NCBI GenBank assembly: GCA_964479645.1
Contig: CAYZMW010000002.1
Location: 1 to 60,150, forward strand
DNA from: an uncultured Melioribacter sp.
GTDB taxonomy: Bacteria; Bacteroidota; Ignavibacteria; Ignavibacteriales; Melioribacteraceae
Direction: 5' to 3'
Length of the DNA stretch: 60,150 nt
Shown here: piece by piece, positions 38,425-50,898 of the stretch
Numbering within the stretch: the first letter of the stretch is position 1
Layout of the letters: each line of letters begins with the position of its first letter
The notes under the pieces: generated by a model
The model's input: only the letters and a program-made list of their open reading frames with translations
Told to the model about the DNA's origin: nothing
Databases searched by the model: none
Position numbers and translations under genes: made by a program

Positions 38425-38497
38425 GCTGACGTAGCTCAGTCGGTAGAGCACATCCTTGGTAAGGATGAGGTCACCGGTTCAATCCCGGTCGTCAGCT
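38425..38497 (+). tRNA. tRNA-Thr (anticodon GGU)
   Basis: Acceptor GCTGACG/CGTCAGC, anticodon stem CATCC/GGATG with loop TTGGTAA, T-loop TTCAATC. Confidence 0.9.
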
Positions 38498-38552
38498 CAA
38501 AGGCGAAAAAAAGAGCCTGCGCTCGGAAAAATTAAAGTTTGGAGAAATTAAA

Positions 38553-38720
38553 ATGGCAAAAAGTAAAAACGCACGAATTAAAATTATTTTGCACAGCACC
38601 GCCGGAACGGGTTACAGATACACGACAACGAAAAACAAACGTAACCACCCGGGAAGAGTGGAATATAAAAAATACGACCCTGTCGTAAAAAAACACGTGA
38701 TTTTCAAGGAAACTAAATAA
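38553..38720 (+). CDS. rpmG: 50S ribosomal protein L33 (Cys-less form)
   Basis: Not in the ORF track (55 aa). My translation [55 protein letters not shown] matches the L33 pattern. GGAG lies upstream. Confidence 0.9.
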   Translation: MAKSKNARIKIILHSTAGTGYRYTTTKNKRNHPGRVEYKKYDPVVKKHVIFKETK

Positions 38721-38726
38721 TTATAC

Positions 38727-38799
38727 ACGAGAGTGGCTCAATTGGTAGAGCAGCGGTCTCCAAAACCGCAGGTTGGGGGTTCGAGTCCCTCCTCTCGTG
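38727..38799 (+). tRNA. tRNA-Trp (anticodon CCA)
   Basis: Acceptor ACGAGAG/CTCTCGT, anticodon stem GCGGT/ACCGC with loop CTCCAAA, T-loop TTCGAGT. Confidence 0.9.
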
Positions 38800-38820
38800 C
38801 AAGACATCACAAGGCGTAAT

Positions 38821-39003
38821 ATGAAAGAAAAAATTATCAATTTCGTAAACGACGTTATCAAGGAAATGAAAAAGGTTACTTGGCCTACGAAAGAAGAGTT
38901 AATCGAATCGACCAACGTCGTTATTGTCGCGAGTTTGCTTTTCGCTCTTTTCACGTATTTGATTGATATCGGTTTGGTTCAATTATTAAAAGGGATATTT
39001 TAA
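38821..39003 (+). CDS. secE: preprotein translocase subunit SecE
   Basis: 60 aa with KKVTWPTKEEL and a single C-terminal TM. ATG 38821 is used, because the ORF-track start at 38773 lies inside tRNA-Trp. Confidence 0.85.
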   Translation: MKEKIINFVNDVIKEMKKVTWPTKEELIESTNVVIVASLLFALFTYLIDIGLVQLLKGIF

Positions 39004-39549
39004 TTGGAAAATTCAGCCGCAAAATGGTATGTTGTCCGAACTTTTTCGGGACACGAAAACAAGGTTAAAAACGCAATCGAATATGCGCTTGAAGACGACG
39101 AAGCGCTTCGCGAGAGAATAATCGAAGTGCTTGTTCCCACGGAAAAAGTCTTCGAAGTAAAAGACGGCAAAAAGCGAACCAAAACCAAAAACTTTTTCCC
39201 CGGTTATATTTTGCTTCACGCAATTTTGGATAACAAAGTAATCGATTTCATTACTAATCTTTCGTCGGTAATGGGGTTTTTGGGAACGAAAAACAAACCC
39301 GCTCCGCTTACTCCCGACGAAGTGAAAAGAATAATCGGAAAAATCAAACAAGACCAAGACGTCGAAAGAACCGAAACCGTTTTCAGAACGGGCGATTTCG
39401 TGAAAATTATCGACGGTCCGTTCAATAATTTTTCCGGTTACATTGAAGAAGTCAACGAAGAAAAGATGAAAATAAAAGTCATGGTTTCAATTTTCGGCAG
39501 AAAAACGCCCGTGGAACTCGACTTTGTTCAAGCAGAATTAGAGAAATAA
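39004..39549 (+). CDS. nusG: transcription termination/antitermination factor NusG
   Basis: NGN domain KWYVVRTFSGHENKV and KOW motif GDFVKIIDGPFNNFSGYIEEV. The TTG start abuts the secE stop. Confidence 0.95.
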   Translation: MENSAAKWYVVRTFSGHENKVKNAIEYALEDDEALRERIIEVLVPTEKVFEVKDGKKRTKTKNFFPGYILLHAILDNKVIDFITNLSSVMGFLGTKNKPAPLTPDEVKRIIGKIKQDQDVERTETVFRTGDFVKIIDGPFNNFSGYIEEVNEEKMKIKVMVSIFGRKTPVELDFVQAELEK

Positions 39550-39570
39550 TTTAATTAAGTAGGTTTAGTT

Positions 39571-39996
39571 ATGGCAAAGAAAATAGCAGGTTACATTAAG
39601 TTGCAAATTCCCGCGGGACAAGCGAACCCTTCGCCGCCCGTAGGACCCGCGCTCGGTCAAAAAGGCGTGAACATTATGGAATTTTGCAAGCAGTTCAACG
39701 CCAAAACGGCGGATAAGGCTGGCTTGATAATTCCCGTGGTGATTACGGTTTATGCCGATAAATCGTTTACGTTCATTACCAAAACTCCACCGGCGGCGGT
39801 TCTTATTAAAAAAGCCATCGGTTTGGAAAAAGGTTCGGGCGAACCGAATAAAAACAAAGTCGGCAAAATTACCCGCGAACAGTTGAAAGAAATCGCGGAA
39901 ACGAAAATGCCCGACTTGAACGCGAACGACATTGACCACGCAATCAGCATGATAGCCGGAACGGCTCGCAGCATGGGTGTTACCGTAGTAGATTAA
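39571..39996 (+). CDS. rplK: 50S ribosomal protein L11
   Basis: [32 protein letters not shown] is canonical. Confidence 0.95.
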   Translation: MAKKIAGYIKLQIPAGQANPSPPVGPALGQKGVNIMEFCKQFNAKTADKAGLIIPVVITVYADKSFTFITKTPPAAVLIKKAIGLEKGSGEPNKNKVGKITREQLKEIAETKMPDLNANDIDHAISMIAGTARSMGVTVVD

Positions 39997-40038
39997 ATGA
40001 TAAGTTTATAAACAAAATTAATTTGTTGGTAAGAGAGT

Positions 40039-40743
40039 ATGAAAGTTTCCAAAAGAGTTAAAGCGATTAGAGAAAAAGTTGATTTGAAAAAGGAATACAG
40101 CCTCGAAGAAGCGATTAAAACCTTAAAAGACGTTTCAAGCGTTAAATTTGTGGAATCGCTCGATATCGCAATCAAATTGGGCGTTGACCCCCGTCACGCC
40201 GACCAAATGGTGCGCGGAACGGTTTCGCTTCCGCACGGAACGGGAAAAGAGGTTAAGGTTCTCGTTTTTGCCAAAGGCGAAAAGGTTCAGGAAGCGCTCG
40301 ATGCGGGAGCGGATTATGCGGGATTGGAAGAATACGTCGAAAAGGTCAAGGAAGGTTGGACGGATATCGATGTGGTTATCGCTACGCCCGATACAATGGC
40401 GGAAGTCGGTAAATTGGGACGCATTCTCGGTCCTCGCGGATTGATGCCGAACCCGAAAGTGGGCACGGTTACGATGGACGTTGCCAAAGCGGTTAAGGAA
40501 GTCAAAGCGGGTAAAATCGAATTCCGCGTTGACAAAACAGGAATTATTCACACGTCCGTCGGAAAGTTGAATTTCGAAGACGATAAACTTGTCGATAACT
40601 CGCTCGCGTTTCTTTCGACGGTTCTCAGACTTAAACCCGCTTCGGCAAAAGGACAATATGTTAAAAGTTTGTATTTGTCCAGCACGATGGGTCCCGGTTT
40701 GAAGATAAATAAAGACGATGCAATCGCTTTAACGAAATCGTAA
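40039..40743 (+). CDS. rplA: 50S ribosomal protein L1
   Basis: [24 protein letters not shown] and [15 protein letters not shown] motifs. Confidence 0.95.
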   Translation: MKVSKRVKAIREKVDLKKEYSLEEAIKTLKDVSSVKFVESLDIAIKLGVDPRHADQMVRGTVSLPHGTGKEVKVLVFAKGEKVQEALDAGADYAGLEEYVEKVKEGWTDIDVVIATPDTMAEVGKLGRILGPRGLMPNPKVGTVTMDVAKAVKEVKAGKIEFRVDKTGIIHTSVGKLNFEDDKLVDNSLAFLSTVLRLKPASAKGQYVKSLYLSSTMGPGLKINKDDAIALTKS

Positions 40744-40816
40744 ATTAAGATTACGCACTCGTTTTACATAAATGCTTCTAACAAAAAAAACATTAATTTA
40801 GAATTTTAGGTGCAAA

Positions 40817-41338
40817 ATGAACAGAACCGAAAAAGCAGAACAAATTGCCGAAATCAAGGAGTTGCTCGAAAACTCCACCGCGGTTTATTTGGTCGATTAT
40901 CACGGCGTTAATGTCGCCGATATTAACGATTTGCGCCGTCAATTCTTAAAAGAAGAAGTAACCTACAAGGTGTTCAAAAACACCTTGGCCAAACGCGCTA
41001 TGGACGAAGTTGGCGGTTACGATGAATTTAACGATTTGCTTGTCGGAATGACGGGTTTCGCCTTTACGGGCGAAAATTTCGTTGCGCCGGCTAAAATCAT
41101 TAAAGAATATTTTTCTAAAAATAAGAAATTCGCTCTGAAAGGTGCGATTATTGACGGAACTTTCTACGGCGCCGATAAACTCGATGTGCTCGCGTCGATG
41201 CCGACGAAAGAAGAAATTATGGCGAGCATTGTCGGTAGTATTGCAAATCCGGCTACTGGAATTGTCGGAGCAATCAACGCCGTTATGCGCGACATCGTAA
41301 GCGTGGTCGATCAAATAAGTAAAAAAGAAGCCGCTTAA
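40817..41338 (+). CDS. rplJ: 50S ribosomal protein L10
   Basis: Position between rplA and rplL. L10 pattern (VYLVDYHGVNVADINDLRRQ). Confidence 0.9.
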   Translation: MNRTEKAEQIAEIKELLENSTAVYLVDYHGVNVADINDLRRQFLKEEVTYKVFKNTLAKRAMDEVGGYDEFNDLLVGMTGFAFTGENFVAPAKIIKEYFSKNKKFALKGAIIDGTFYGADKLDVLASMPTKEEIMASIVGSIANPATGIVGAINAVMRDIVSVVDQISKKEAA

Positions 41339-41372
41339 TTAAAATCGAAAATTTAAATCAAGGAGAATAAAA

Positions 41373-41753
41373 ATGTCAGAAAAAATTCAAGAAATCGTTG
41401 AAAAAATCAAAGAGTTGACTTTGGTTGAAGCCGCTGAACTCAAAACGGCTTTGGAAGAAGAATTCGGCGTAACAGCCGCCGCTCCCGTGGTAATGGCCGG
41501 TGGCGCCGCAGGCGGTGGCGAAGCGGCCGCAGCGGAAGAAAAAACGGAATTCGACGTTATTCTTGCAGGTATCGGAGATAAGAAAATCAACGTTATTAAA
41601 GTCGTTAGAGCTCACACAGGTTTGGGCTTGAAAGAAGCGAAAGAATTGGTTGATTCCGCTCCGAAAGCGGTTAAAGAAGGCGTATCGAAAGAAGAAGCGG
41701 AAAAAATCAAAGCTGATTTGGAAGAAGCGGGCGCAACCGTAGAAATCAAGTAA
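41373..41753 (+). CDS. rplL: 50S ribosomal protein L7/L12
   Basis: Ala/Gly hinge, then [24 protein letters not shown]. Confidence 0.95.
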   Translation: MSEKIQEIVEKIKELTLVEAAELKTALEEEFGVTAAAPVVMAGGAAGGGEAAAAEEKTEFDVILAGIGDKKINVIKVVRAHTGLGLKEAKELVDSAPKAVKEGVSKEEAEKIKADLEEAGATVEIK

Positions 41754-41787
41754 CGTTCGCTTTTTTCAATATATCGTTTTCATTAAA

Positions 41788-41820
41788 AGTGATAGGATGG
41801 TCGAAATCCGTCCTATCACT
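41788..41820 (+). terminator. rplL-rpoB intergenic hairpin (attenuator-type partial terminator candidate)
   Basis: AGTGATAGGATGG / CCGTCCTATCACT 13-bp stem with one G-U pair, loop TCGAAAT, followed by ATGTAATTTTT. Confidence 0.5.
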
Positions 41821-41860
41821 ATGTAATTTTTAAAAAGAACATCTTATTTGGAGGTCAGGT

Positions 41861-44800
41861 TTGAACGACGTTAAAATAAACCCCAAAAATAAACGAATCA
41901 CCTTTTCTTCGATTACCCCTGTTATCGATATGCCCGATTTGTTGGATGTCCAACTTCAATCTTTTGAAGACTTTTTACAATTAAAAGTTAAACCCGAAGA
42001 ACGCGAAGATAAGGGGCTGCAAAGCGTTTTTAAGGCAAATTTCCCGATTTTGGACAATAAAGAATTTTACAGACTCGATTTTGTCAGTTATCACGTTGAA
42101 AAACCGCGCTACTCGGTGGAAGAATGCGAAGAACGCGGATTAACGTTCAGCGCGCCGCTTAAAGCGAAACTTCGTCTTTCGACGCGCGACGACGAAACCG
42201 AAGAATACATTAACAGCATTGAGCAGGAAGTCTATTTGGGAAATCTGCCGTTTATGACTTCGCGCGGAACGTTTATAATCAACGGTTCCGAACGCGTAAT
42301 CGTAAATCAGTTGCACCGTTCGCCGGGCGTTGCGTTTTCGCAATCGGTTCACCCGAACGGAACGCCGCTTTATTCGGCAAGAATTATTCCTTTCCGCGGT
42401 TCTTGGGTTGAATTTGCCACGGACATTCATCACGTGATGTATGTTTACGTCGATAGACGTAAAAAATTCCCCGCAACCACATTGTTGCGAGCAATCGGTT
42501 ATATCACCGACGAAGAAATTTTGAATATTTTCAATCAATCGATTGAAGTTGACGTAAAAGATTTGAACCCGGCCGAACACGCCGGATTGTTGGCATTGGA
42601 CGATATCATAGATATGACTACGGGCGAAGTTTTCGCGACGAAAAACGAAGAACTTACCGAAGAAAATATTGAGCAAATTAAAAATTCAACCGTAGAAAAG
42701 GTAAAATTAATTACGTCGCAAACCTCCTACGAGCAGGATTTGATTATAAATACTTTGAAAAAAGACCCTGCAAAAACGAAAGAAGAGGCGCTGTTTGCTA
42801 TTTATCGCCAATTAAGAACCGGCGAAGCGCCCGACGTTGAAACCGCACAGGCGTTAATCGATAAACTTTTCTTTAACGAAAAACGCTACGATTTGGGCGA
42901 AGTGGGACGTTTCAGAATGAACGACAAACTCGGGCTTGATATTCCGCTCGATACAACGATTTTGACCAACGAGGATATTATCGCGATAATGAAGAAAATT
43001 ATCGAACTTAAAAAAGGAAATATCCCCGTTGACGATATCGACCACTTGGGTAATCGTCGCGTCAGAACAGTCGGCGAACAACTGATGCAGCAATACAACG
43101 TCGGAATGGCGCGTATGGCTCGCACGATTAAAGAAAGAATGAATATGCGCGACGCCGAAAATATGCAACCGCAGGATTTGGTGAACGCGCGAACGATTTC
43201 GAGCGTGATTAACGCGTTTTTCGGCACGAACCAACTTTCGCAGTTTATGGACCAAACAAATCCGCTTTCGGAACTTACGCACAAACGCAGAGTTTCGGCA
43301 TTAGGTCCCGGCGGACTTACGCGCGAACGCGCGGGCTTCGAAGTGCGCGACGTTCACCACACGCACTACGGACGTTTGTGTCCGATTGAAACGCCCGAAG
43401 GTCCGAATATCGGTCTTATTTCGTCCCTTACGATTTACGCGCGCGTTAACGATTACGGATTTATCGAAACGCCGTATCGTAAAGTGGTTAACGGAAAGGT
43501 AACGAAAAAAGTCGAATATTTGAGCGCGGACGAAGAAGACCAATACACGATTGCACAGGCAAACGCGCCGATTAACGAAAAAGGCGAATTTATTAACGAA
43601 AGAGTTAAATGTCGTCATAAAGGCGAATTCCCGGTTGTTCATCCCGACGAAATAGATTATATGGACGTGGCGCCGGCTCAAATCGTCAGTGCGGGCGCAT
43701 CTCTTATTCCTTTCTTGGATCACGACGACGCAAACCGCGCGCTTATGGGTTCGAACATGCAACGTCAAGCGGTTCCGCTTATGAAAACCGAAGCGCCGAT
43801 TGTCGGGACGGGAATGGAATACAAAATCGCTCACGATTCCCGCTCGCTTATTCTTTCCGAAGGAAAAGGAGTTGTGGAATACGTGGACGCTTCGAAAATC
43901 GTTGTAAAATACGACGTTGACCCCGATAGCGAAGAAGCATTGACTTCATTTGACGATTACAGAATTGTGGAATATAAATTGACCAAGTTTCACGGAACGA
44001 ACCAAGAAACTTGTTTGAACCAAAAACCGATTGTGAAAGTCGGACAAAAAGTGAAAAAAGGCGACGTTCTCGCCGACGGTCATTCGATGGACCACGGCGA
44101 ACTCGCGCTCGGTAAAAACGTATTTGTCGCGTTTATGCCTTGGCGCGGATACAATTTCGAAGACGCTATTATCATTAGCGAGAGATTGGTCAGCGAAGAC
44201 GTCTTTACATCAATTCATATCGAAGAATTCGAACTTCAAGTTCGTGAAACCAAACGCGGACAAGAAGAACTTACGCGCGATATTCCGAACGTAAGCGAAG
44301 AAACCACCAAGAACCTCGACGAACACGGTTTGGTTCGCGTTGGCGCGGAAGTGAAAGAAGGCGATATTCTTATCGGTAAAATTACGCCGAAAGGCGAAAG
44401 CGACCCGACGCCGGAAGAAAAACTTCTGAAAGCGATTTTCGGCGATAAGGCGGGCGACGTGAAGGACGCTTCGAAGAAAGCGCCTCCCGGATTGCACGGT
44501 ATTGTTCTGAAAACAAGACTTTTCACGCGCAAAAGAAAAGACGCGGAAGCGAAAAAAGAAGAGAAAAGACAACTTGACGAACTCGAAAAACGTTACGAAG
44601 AGAACAGAAACAGATATTACAACAGACTTCTCGAAAAATTGCATAAAATAACCGCCGGTAAAACTACAACGGGCGTTCGCGATTTGGACGGAAGTTTGGT
44701 GCTTCGTTCGGGCACGAAAATCGGCGATACGACTTTCGCCTCGATGGAAGACGTAACGCGCTTGGATTATCGCCAAGATTGGTTCGACGATGAAAAAACA

Positions 44801-45640
44801 AACGATTTAATTACAAAATTATATAAAAATTATTTCAACGCCGTTCAGGAATTACAGGAAGAATACAAACGCGACAGACTTAAAGTGGTAAGCGGCGACG
44901 AATTACCTCCGGGTATTGTTCAACTTGCGAAAGTTTACGTTGCGAAAAAACGTAAACTTCAAGTCGGCGACAAAATGGCAGGACGTCACGGAAACAAAGG
45001 TGTTGTCGCAAAAGTCGTTCCCGTCGAAGATATGCCGTTTACCGAAGACGGAACGCCAGTGGATATTATTCTTAATCCGCTCGGCGTGCCTTCCCGTATG
45101 AATATCGGGCAGATTTACGAAACCGTGCTCGGTTGGGTAGGTAAAAAACTCGGCGTAAAATTCGAAACTCCCGTATTCGACGGCGCGAAATATCACGAAA
45201 TAGAAGAATGGATTAAAAAAGCCGAAATCGGAGAAGGTAGTAAATCGACCTTGTACGACGGAAGAACGGGCGAGAAGTTCCACCAAAAAGTAATGACCGG
45301 TTACATTTATATGCTCAAACTCGGTCATATGGTGGACGACAAACTTCACGCTCGCGCAACAGGTCCTTATTCCCTCATTACGCAACAACCGTTGGGCGGT
45401 AAAGCGCAGTTCGGCGGTCAGAGATTCGGGGAAATGGAAGTCTGGGCTTTGGAAGGCTACGGCGCATCGCACGTTTTGCAGGAAATACTTACTGTAAAAT
45501 CGGACGACGTTCAAGGACGCGCCAAAGTTTACGAAGCCATTGTGAAAGGGGAAAATATCAGCGAACCCGGAATTCCCGAATCATTTAACGTGTTGATTAA
45601 AGAACTTCAGGGATTAGGCCTGGATATTAAGATTAACTAA
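41861..45640 (+). CDS. rpoB: DNA-directed RNA polymerase subunit beta
   Basis: 1259 aa with NMQRQAVP and [14 protein letters not shown] motifs. TTG start after GGAGG. Confidence 0.97.
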   Translation: MNDVKINPKNKRITFSSITPVIDMPDLLDVQLQSFEDFLQLKVKPEEREDKGLQSVFKANFPILDNKEFYRLDFVSYHVEKPRYSVEECEERGLTFSAPLKAKLRLSTRDDETEEYINSIEQEVYLGNLPFMTSRGTFIINGSERVIVNQLHRSPGVAFSQSVHPNGTPLYSARIIPFRGSWVEFATDIHHVMYVYVDRRKKFPATTLLRAIGYITDEEILNIFNQSIEVDVKDLNPAEHAGLLALDDIIDMTTGEVFATKNEELTEENIEQIKNSTVEKVKLITSQTSYEQDLIINTLKKDPAKTKEEALFAIYRQLRTGEAPDVETAQALIDKLFFNEKRYDLGEVGRFRMNDKLGLDIPLDTTILTNEDIIAIMKKIIELKKGNIPVDDIDHLGNRRVRTVGEQLMQQYNVGMARMARTIKERMNMRDAENMQPQDLVNARTISSVINAFFGTNQLSQFMDQTNPLSELTHKRRVSALGPGGLTRERAGFEVRDVHHTHYGRLCPIETPEGPNIGLISSLTIYARVNDYGFIETPYRKVVNGKVTKKVEYLSADEEDQYTIAQANAPINEKGEFINERVKCRHKGEFPVVHPDEIDYMDVAPAQIVSAGASLIPFLDHDDANRALMGSNMQRQAVPLMKTEAPIVGTGMEYKIAHDSRSLILSEGKGVVEYVDASKIVVKYDVDPDSEEALTSFDDYRIVEYKLTKFHGTNQETCLNQKPIVKVGQKVKKGDVLADGHSMDHGELALGKNVFVAFMPWRGYNFEDAIIISERLVSEDVFTSIHIEEFELQVRETKRGQEELTRDIPNVSEETTKNLDEHGLVRVGAEVKEGDILIGKITPKGESDPTPEEKLLKAIFGDKAGDVKDASKKAPPGLHGIVLKTRLFTRKRKDAEAKKEEKRQLDELEKRYEENRNRYYNRLLEKLHKITAGKTTTGVRDLDGSLVLRSGTKIGDTTFASMEDVTRLDYRQDWFDDEKTNDLITKLYKNYFNAVQELQEEYKRDRLKVVSGDELPPGIVQLAKVYVAKKRKLQVGDKMAGRHGNKGVVAKVVPVEDMPFTEDGTPVDIILNPLGVPSRMNIGQIYETVLGWVGKKLGVKFETPVFDGAKYHEIEEWIKKAEIGEGSKSTLYDGRTGEKFHQKVMTGYIYMLKLGHMVDDKLHARATGPYSLITQQPLGGKAQFGGQRFGEMEVWALEGYGASHVLQEILTVKSDDVQGRAKVYEAIVKGENISEPGIPESFNVLIKELQGLGLDIKIN

Positions 45641-45665
45641 GAATTTTCTACAAGGAGATAAATTT

Positions 45666-48600
45666 ATGCGATTCGGAGCGCAAGAACAAAAAGTGAAAAA
45701 TATCAAAAGCCTAACAATCAGTTTGGCAAGCCCCGACGATATTCTTTCGAGATCTCACGGGGAAGTTACAAAGCCCGAAACGATAAACTATAGATCTTTT
45801 CGTCCCGAAAAAGACGGCTTGTTTTGTGAAAAGATATTCGGACCGGTAAAAGATTGGGAATGTGCGTGCGGTAAATACAAAGGCATTCGTTACAAAGGTA
45901 TCGTGTGCGACCGTTGCGGTGTGGAAGTTACGCAAAAAAGCGTTCGCCGCGAAAGAATGGGACATATCGCGCTTGCGGTCCCCGTCGTTCACATTTGGTT
46001 TTTCAAGGCTCTGCCTTCGAAAATCGGCAATATTATCGGTTTGACTACGAAAGAACTCGAAAAAGTAATTTATTATGAATCATACATTGTGATTAATCCC
46101 GGTCCGACCGGATTGAAACGCAAGGATTTGCTTTCGGAAGACCAATATTACGAAATTTTAAGTTCGCTTCCTGCGGAAAACGAAACGTTGGAAAACGACG
46201 ACCCGAACAAATTCGTTGCGAAAATAGGCGGCGAAGCGGTTAAAATTTTGCTTCAACAAACCGACGTTGAAGCGACTTTCCGCGAATTGAAAGCGCGTTT
46301 GAAAGAAGAAACTTCTCAACAAAAGAGAAACGATATTCTCAAACGTCTCCGCGTTTTGGAAGCGTTCCGCGAAAAAGACGGAAAAGTTCAAAACAAACCC
46401 GAATGGATGGTTTTGAACATTATTCCCGTAATTCCGCCGGAATTGCGTCCGCTCGTGCCGCTCGAAGGCGGAAAATTCGCATCAAGCGATTTGAACGACC
46501 TTTACAGACGCGTGATTATTCGCAACAATCGCTTGAAAAGATTAATTGACATCAAAGCGCCGGAAGTTATTCTTCGCAACGAAAAGAGAATGCTTCAAGA
46601 GGCGGTTGACGCGTTGTTCGACAATTCGCGCCGCTCGAGCGCTGTTCGAAGCGACGGCAATCGTCCGCTCAAATCCCTTTCCGACATGCTTAAAGGCAAA
46701 CAAGGACGTTTCCGTCAAAATCTTTTGGGTAAACGCGTTGACTATTCGGGACGTTCTGTAATCGTTGTCGGTCCCGAACTGAAATTGCACCAATGCGGTT
46801 TGCCGAAAGATATGGCTGTGGAACTTTTCAAGCCGTTTATTATCAGAAAACTTATTGAAGCGGGGCATTACAAAACCGTAAAAAGCGCGCGTAAAGCGGT
46901 CGATAGAAAAGAGCCGATTATTTGGGAACTGCTCGAAAAGATTATCGACAGTCACCCCGTGTTGCTCAACCGCGCTCCGACGTTGCACAGACTCGGTATT
47001 CAGGCTTTTCAGCCCGTGCTTATCGATAGCAAAGCGATTCAACTTCCGCCGATGGTTTGTACGGCTTTCAACGCCGACTTCGACGGCGACCAAATGGCTG
47101 TTCACGTTCCGCTTTCTTACGAAGCGCAACTCGAAGCCACTTTGCTTATGCTTTCGAGTCACAATATTCTTTCGCCGCAAAACGGTAGCCCGATTGTCGT
47201 TCCGACGCAAGATATTATTCTCGGCGTTTATTATTTGACGAAAATCAAACCGGGCGACAAAGGCGAAGGAATGATTTTCAGCGACCAGCACGAAGTTCTT
47301 CTCGCTCTCGACGAGGAACGCGTCGGTTTGCATGCGAAAATCAAAGTACGTATCAACGGAGAATTGATTGAAACCACTCCCGGACGCGTTGTCTTTAATC
47401 AAATAGTTCCCGACGAAATGGGCTTTATCAACGATTTGTTGATAAAGAAAATTTTCAGCGGTCTTATTTACGGAATGTTTACCAAACTCGGCAACGAAGC
47501 GACCGCAAAATTCCTTGACGACTTGAAAGACTTGGGTTATCTGTATTCGACTAAAGCGGGCGTTTCGATTAGTTTTACCGATATGATAGTTCCGCAAGTC
47601 AAACAAAAAATAGTTGAAGAATCGAACCAAGAAGTCAGCCAGATTTTCGACGAATACGAACAAGGCTTGATTACCGACACGGAACGTTACAATAAAATTA
47701 TCGACGTTTGGACGAAAGCGACTAACAATATCAGTAACGCATTGATGATTGAGTTGCAAAAAGACCGCGACGGCTTTAATCCGCTTCACATGATGGTGGA
47801 CTCAGGCGCAAGAGGTTCGAAAGACCAGGTGCGACAACTTGCAGGTATGCGCGGTTTGATGCAGAAACCTCAGAAAAACCTTTCGAGCCAATCAGGTTCT
47901 ATTATCGAGAACCCGATTATCGCGAACTTCAAAGAAGGTTTGTCCGTGCTTGAATATTTTATTTCCACGCACGGCGCGCGTAAAGGTTTGGCGGATACGG
48001 CTCTGAAAACGGCGGATGCCGGTTACTTGACAAGAAGATTGACCGACGTTGCGCAAGACGTTATTATTTCGGAAGAAGATTGCGGAACGATTCGCGGCGT
48101 TTACATCACGGCTTTGAAAGACGGAGAACAAGAAAGGGAACCGTTGGCTGAACGTATAACCGGACGCGTTGCGCAAGAAGACGTTATTGACCCGCGCACC
48201 GACGAAGTGATTATTGAAGCGGGCGAAATGATAACCGAAGAAATCGCGGAAAAAATCGACGAAGCCAATCTTGATGCCGTCTTTATTAGAACGGTGCTTA
48301 CTTGTGAGTCCGAACACGGCGTTTGCGCGAAATGCTACGGACGTAACTTAACCACGGGTAAACTTGTCGAAGTAGGCGAAGCGGTCGGAATCGTTGCGGC
48401 TCAATCCATCGGCGAACCCGGAACGCAGTTGACGTTAAGAACTTTCCACTTGGGCGGTACTTCGTCTCACATCGCGTCGCAATCGCAAGTGGAATCGGCT
48501 GTGGAAGGTAAAGCCGCGTTTGAAAAAATCAAATATGTCGATTATGAAAAAACCGATATTTTCGGCGATACTACCAAGGTTAAAGTTGTTATCGGTCGTC

Positions 48601-49943
48601 GCGGCGCTATTATTATCGAAGATAAGGACGGAAGACCGATTAAACGCTACGAAGTTCCTTACGGCGCCGAATTGTTAATAAGCGAAGGCGATAAAATTAA
48701 ACCGAAACAACCGCTCTATTATCACGATCCGTACAATGCCGTGATTTTGACGGATATTTCGGGTAAAGTCAAATTTGTTGATTTGATAAACGGCGTTACG
48801 GTGAAAGACGTTTCCGACACTCAAACCGGACACGTTCAAAAAGTGATTATCGAATCGAAAGAAAAGACGCTTAATCCGTCTATTGTAATCGTTGCGCCCG
48901 ACGGAACGGAAAAAGTGTTCAATATGCCGATAGGCGCGCATCTTGCAGTTGAAGAGGACGACGAAGTACAGGCGGGCGCCACATTGGCGAAGATTGCAAA
49001 ACAAACTTCGAAAACCCGTGATATTACGGGCGGTTTGCCGAGAGTAACCGAATTGTTCGAAGCGCGTAGTCCGCACGATCCCGCTATCGTTTCGGAAATC
49101 GAAGGTATTGTAAAATACGGCGCAAGAAAACGCGGTTCTCGCGAGATTATCGTGGAATCGTACGACGGCTCGATACAAAAGGTGTATTCCGTCGCTTACG
49201 GAAAACATATTCTCGTGCAAGACGGCGATGAAATCACTGCCGGTGAAAAAATCACAGACGGTCCGATTGACCCGCACGATATTTTGAAAATCAAAGGTAC
49301 GAATGCCGTTCAAGAATATCTTGTAAACGAAATTCAGGAAGTCTATCGTTTGCAAGGCGTTAAGATTAACGACAAGCACATCGAGGTTATCGTACGCCAA
49401 ATGTTGCAGAAAGTAAGAATTGTAACTTCGGGCGATACCGATTTCATTGAAGAGGATTTGGTTGACCGCGTTAAATTCAATATCGAAAACACTCGAATTC
49501 AGAACATGGTTTACGTTGAAGATCCGGGCGATTCGAAGTTGAAAGAAGGACAACTGATTTCTCGCTCGAAATACCGTGAAATAAATAACAGCCTGAAGCG
49601 TAAAGACCAAAAACCGCTGAAAGTTCGCGATGCGGAACCTGCAACTTACGATAACGTTCTGCTCGGAATTACTCAAGCGGCTCTTTCGACGGAAAGTTTC
49701 ATTTCAGCGGCGTCGTTCCAAGAAACAACGAAAGTGTTGACGAACGCGGCGATTCAGGCGAAACGGGATACGTTGCTAGGACTGAAAGAGAACGTAATTA
49801 TGGGTCACTTAATCCCCGCCGGAACAGGACTGAAAAAATATAGAAATATTCAGATTGAAATTCCCGAAGAAGAACGTTCTTTGTTCGAAAAAGATGACGA
49901 AGCGGACGAAGGTTCGAAGGAAAAAACGCAAGAAGGAGCGTAA
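45666..49943 (+). CDS. rpoC: DNA-directed RNA polymerase subunit beta'
   Basis: 1425 aa. Zn finger [20 protein letters not shown] and catalytic NADFDGDQM. Confidence 0.97.
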   Translation: MRFGAQEQKVKNIKSLTISLASPDDILSRSHGEVTKPETINYRSFRPEKDGLFCEKIFGPVKDWECACGKYKGIRYKGIVCDRCGVEVTQKSVRRERMGHIALAVPVVHIWFFKALPSKIGNIIGLTTKELEKVIYYESYIVINPGPTGLKRKDLLSEDQYYEILSSLPAENETLENDDPNKFVAKIGGEAVKILLQQTDVEATFRELKARLKEETSQQKRNDILKRLRVLEAFREKDGKVQNKPEWMVLNIIPVIPPELRPLVPLEGGKFASSDLNDLYRRVIIRNNRLKRLIDIKAPEVILRNEKRMLQEAVDALFDNSRRSSAVRSDGNRPLKSLSDMLKGKQGRFRQNLLGKRVDYSGRSVIVVGPELKLHQCGLPKDMAVELFKPFIIRKLIEAGHYKTVKSARKAVDRKEPIIWELLEKIIDSHPVLLNRAPTLHRLGIQAFQPVLIDSKAIQLPPMVCTAFNADFDGDQMAVHVPLSYEAQLEATLLMLSSHNILSPQNGSPIVVPTQDIILGVYYLTKIKPGDKGEGMIFSDQHEVLLALDEERVGLHAKIKVRINGELIETTPGRVVFNQIVPDEMGFINDLLIKKIFSGLIYGMFTKLGNEATAKFLDDLKDLGYLYSTKAGVSISFTDMIVPQVKQKIVEESNQEVSQIFDEYEQGLITDTERYNKIIDVWTKATNNISNALMIELQKDRDGFNPLHMMVDSGARGSKDQVRQLAGMRGLMQKPQKNLSSQSGSIIENPIIANFKEGLSVLEYFISTHGARKGLADTALKTADAGYLTRRLTDVAQDVIISEEDCGTIRGVYITALKDGEQEREPLAERITGRVAQEDVIDPRTDEVIIEAGEMITEEIAEKIDEANLDAVFIRTVLTCESEHGVCAKCYGRNLTTGKLVEVGEAVGIVAAQSIGEPGTQLTLRTFHLGGTSSHIASQSQVESAVEGKAAFEKIKYVDYEKTDIFGDTTKVKVVIGRRGAIIIEDKDGRPIKRYEVPYGAELLISEGDKIKPKQPLYYHDPYNAVILTDISGKVKFVDLINGVTVKDVSDTQTGHVQKVIIESKEKTLNPSIVIVAPDGTEKVFNMPIGAHLAVEEDDEVQAGATLAKIAKQTSKTRDITGGLPRVTELFEARSPHDPAIVSEIEGIVKYGARKRGSREIIVESYDGSIQKVYSVAYGKHILVQDGDEITAGEKITDGPIDPHDILKIKGTNAVQEYLVNEIQEVYRLQGVKINDKHIEVIVRQMLQKVRIVTSGDTDFIEEDLVDRVKFNIENTRIQNMVYVEDPGDSKLKEGQLISRSKYREINNSLKRKDQKPLKVRDAEPATYDNVLLGITQAALSTESFISAASFQETTKVLTNAAIQAKRDTLLGLKENVIMGHLIPAGTGLKKYRNIQIEIPEEERSLFEKDDEADEGSKEKTQEGA

Positions 49944-49967
49944 TAATTAAAATTAAAATAACTTAAC

Positions 49968-49996
49968 TTGACAAAAACCCTTAATATTTCTATATT
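49968..49996 (+). promoter_or_regulatory. consensus sigma70-type promoter for the rpsL (str) operon: TTGACA-N17-TATATT
   Basis: TTGACA at 49968-49973, an exactly 17-nt spacer, and TATATT at 49991-49996, 36 nt upstream of the rpsL GTG. Confidence 0.55.
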
Positions 49997-50031
49997 GAGG
50001 GTCTGAAATTTTTGAAAGTAGTGGAGGAATA

Positions 50032-50409
50032 GTGCCTACTATTAATCAATTGGTAAGGAAAGGACGGAAGAAAATTACCTTTAAGAGTAAAGCTCCGGCG
50101 TTGGATGGAAATCCGCAAAAGAGAGGTGTGTGTACGAGAGTTTACACGACCACTCCGAAAAAGCCGAACTCGGCTCTTAGAAAGGTAGCGAGAGTTAGAC
50201 TTACGAATGGAATTGAAGTTACCGCCTACATTCCGGGAGAAGGACATAACTTGCAGGAGCACTCGATTGTTCTTATCAGAGGCGGAAGAGTGAAAGACTT
50301 GCCCGGCGTAAGATATCACATTATTCGCGGAACGCTCGATACGGCAGGCGTTGAAGACAGAAAACAAGGAAGATCGAAATACGGTACTAAAAAACCAAAG
50401 GCTAAATAA
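50032..50409 (+). CDS. rpsL: 30S ribosomal protein S12
   Basis: [11 protein letters not shown] and [14 protein letters not shown] start after GGAGGA. Confidence 0.95.
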   Translation: MPTINQLVRKGRKKITFKSKAPALDGNPQKRGVCTRVYTTTPKKPNSALRKVARVRLTNGIEVTAYIPGEGHNLQEHSIVLIRGGRVKDLPGVRYHIIRGTLDTAGVEDRKQGRSKYGTKKPKAK

Positions 50410-50414
50410 GAGTT

Positions 50415-50882
50415 ATGAGAAAGAGAAGAGCAGAAAAACGGTACATAAAACCCGACCCGAAGTTTAACGACGTTCTTGTCGCAAAATTCATAAACTATAT
50501 TATGTGGGACGGCAAGAAAAACGTTGCGCGTAAAATCGTTTACGAAAGTTTTGATATAATCGAGAAAAAAACGAAAAAACCCGCATTGGAAATTTTCAAT
50601 AAAGCGGTTCAAAACGTACAACCTTTGGTTGAAGTTCGAAGCAGAAGAGTAGGCGGCGCAACTTATCAAGTGCCGATGGAAGTTAGACCCGAAAGAAGAA
50701 TAGCGCTTGCTTTTCGTTGGATTAAAAATTATTCGAGAGAAAGAAAAGACAAATCGATGGCTCAAAAGTTGGCGGCTGAATTAATGGCGGCGGCTAACGG
50801 CGAAGGTCCTTCGGTTAAGAAAAAAGACGATACGCATAGAATGGCTGAAGCAAACAAAGCGTTTGCGCATTTTCGATGGTAA
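50415..50882 (+). CDS. rpsG: 30S ribosomal protein S7
   Basis: [16 protein letters not shown] and the C-terminal [10 protein letters not shown]. Confidence 0.95.
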   Translation: MRKRRAEKRYIKPDPKFNDVLVAKFINYIMWDGKKNVARKIVYESFDIIEKKTKKPALEIFNKAVQNVQPLVEVRSRRVGGATYQVPMEVRPERRIALAFRWIKNYSRERKDKSMAQKLAAELMAAANGEGPSVKKKDDTHRMAEANKAFAHFRW

Positions 50883-50898
50883 GGATTTTTAGGATTAG

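Noticed and set aside
46542-47789. 415-aa ORF antisense to rpoC (and a 333-aa one at 48675-49676)
   Set aside because: It lies in the codon-for-codon mirror frame of rpoC, so stops can arise only from sense TTA, CTA or TCA codons. Its length therefore reflects codon bias in a highly expressed gene. The translation is low-complexity and F/R/N-rich, and there is no SD or promoter. It is a shadow ORF.
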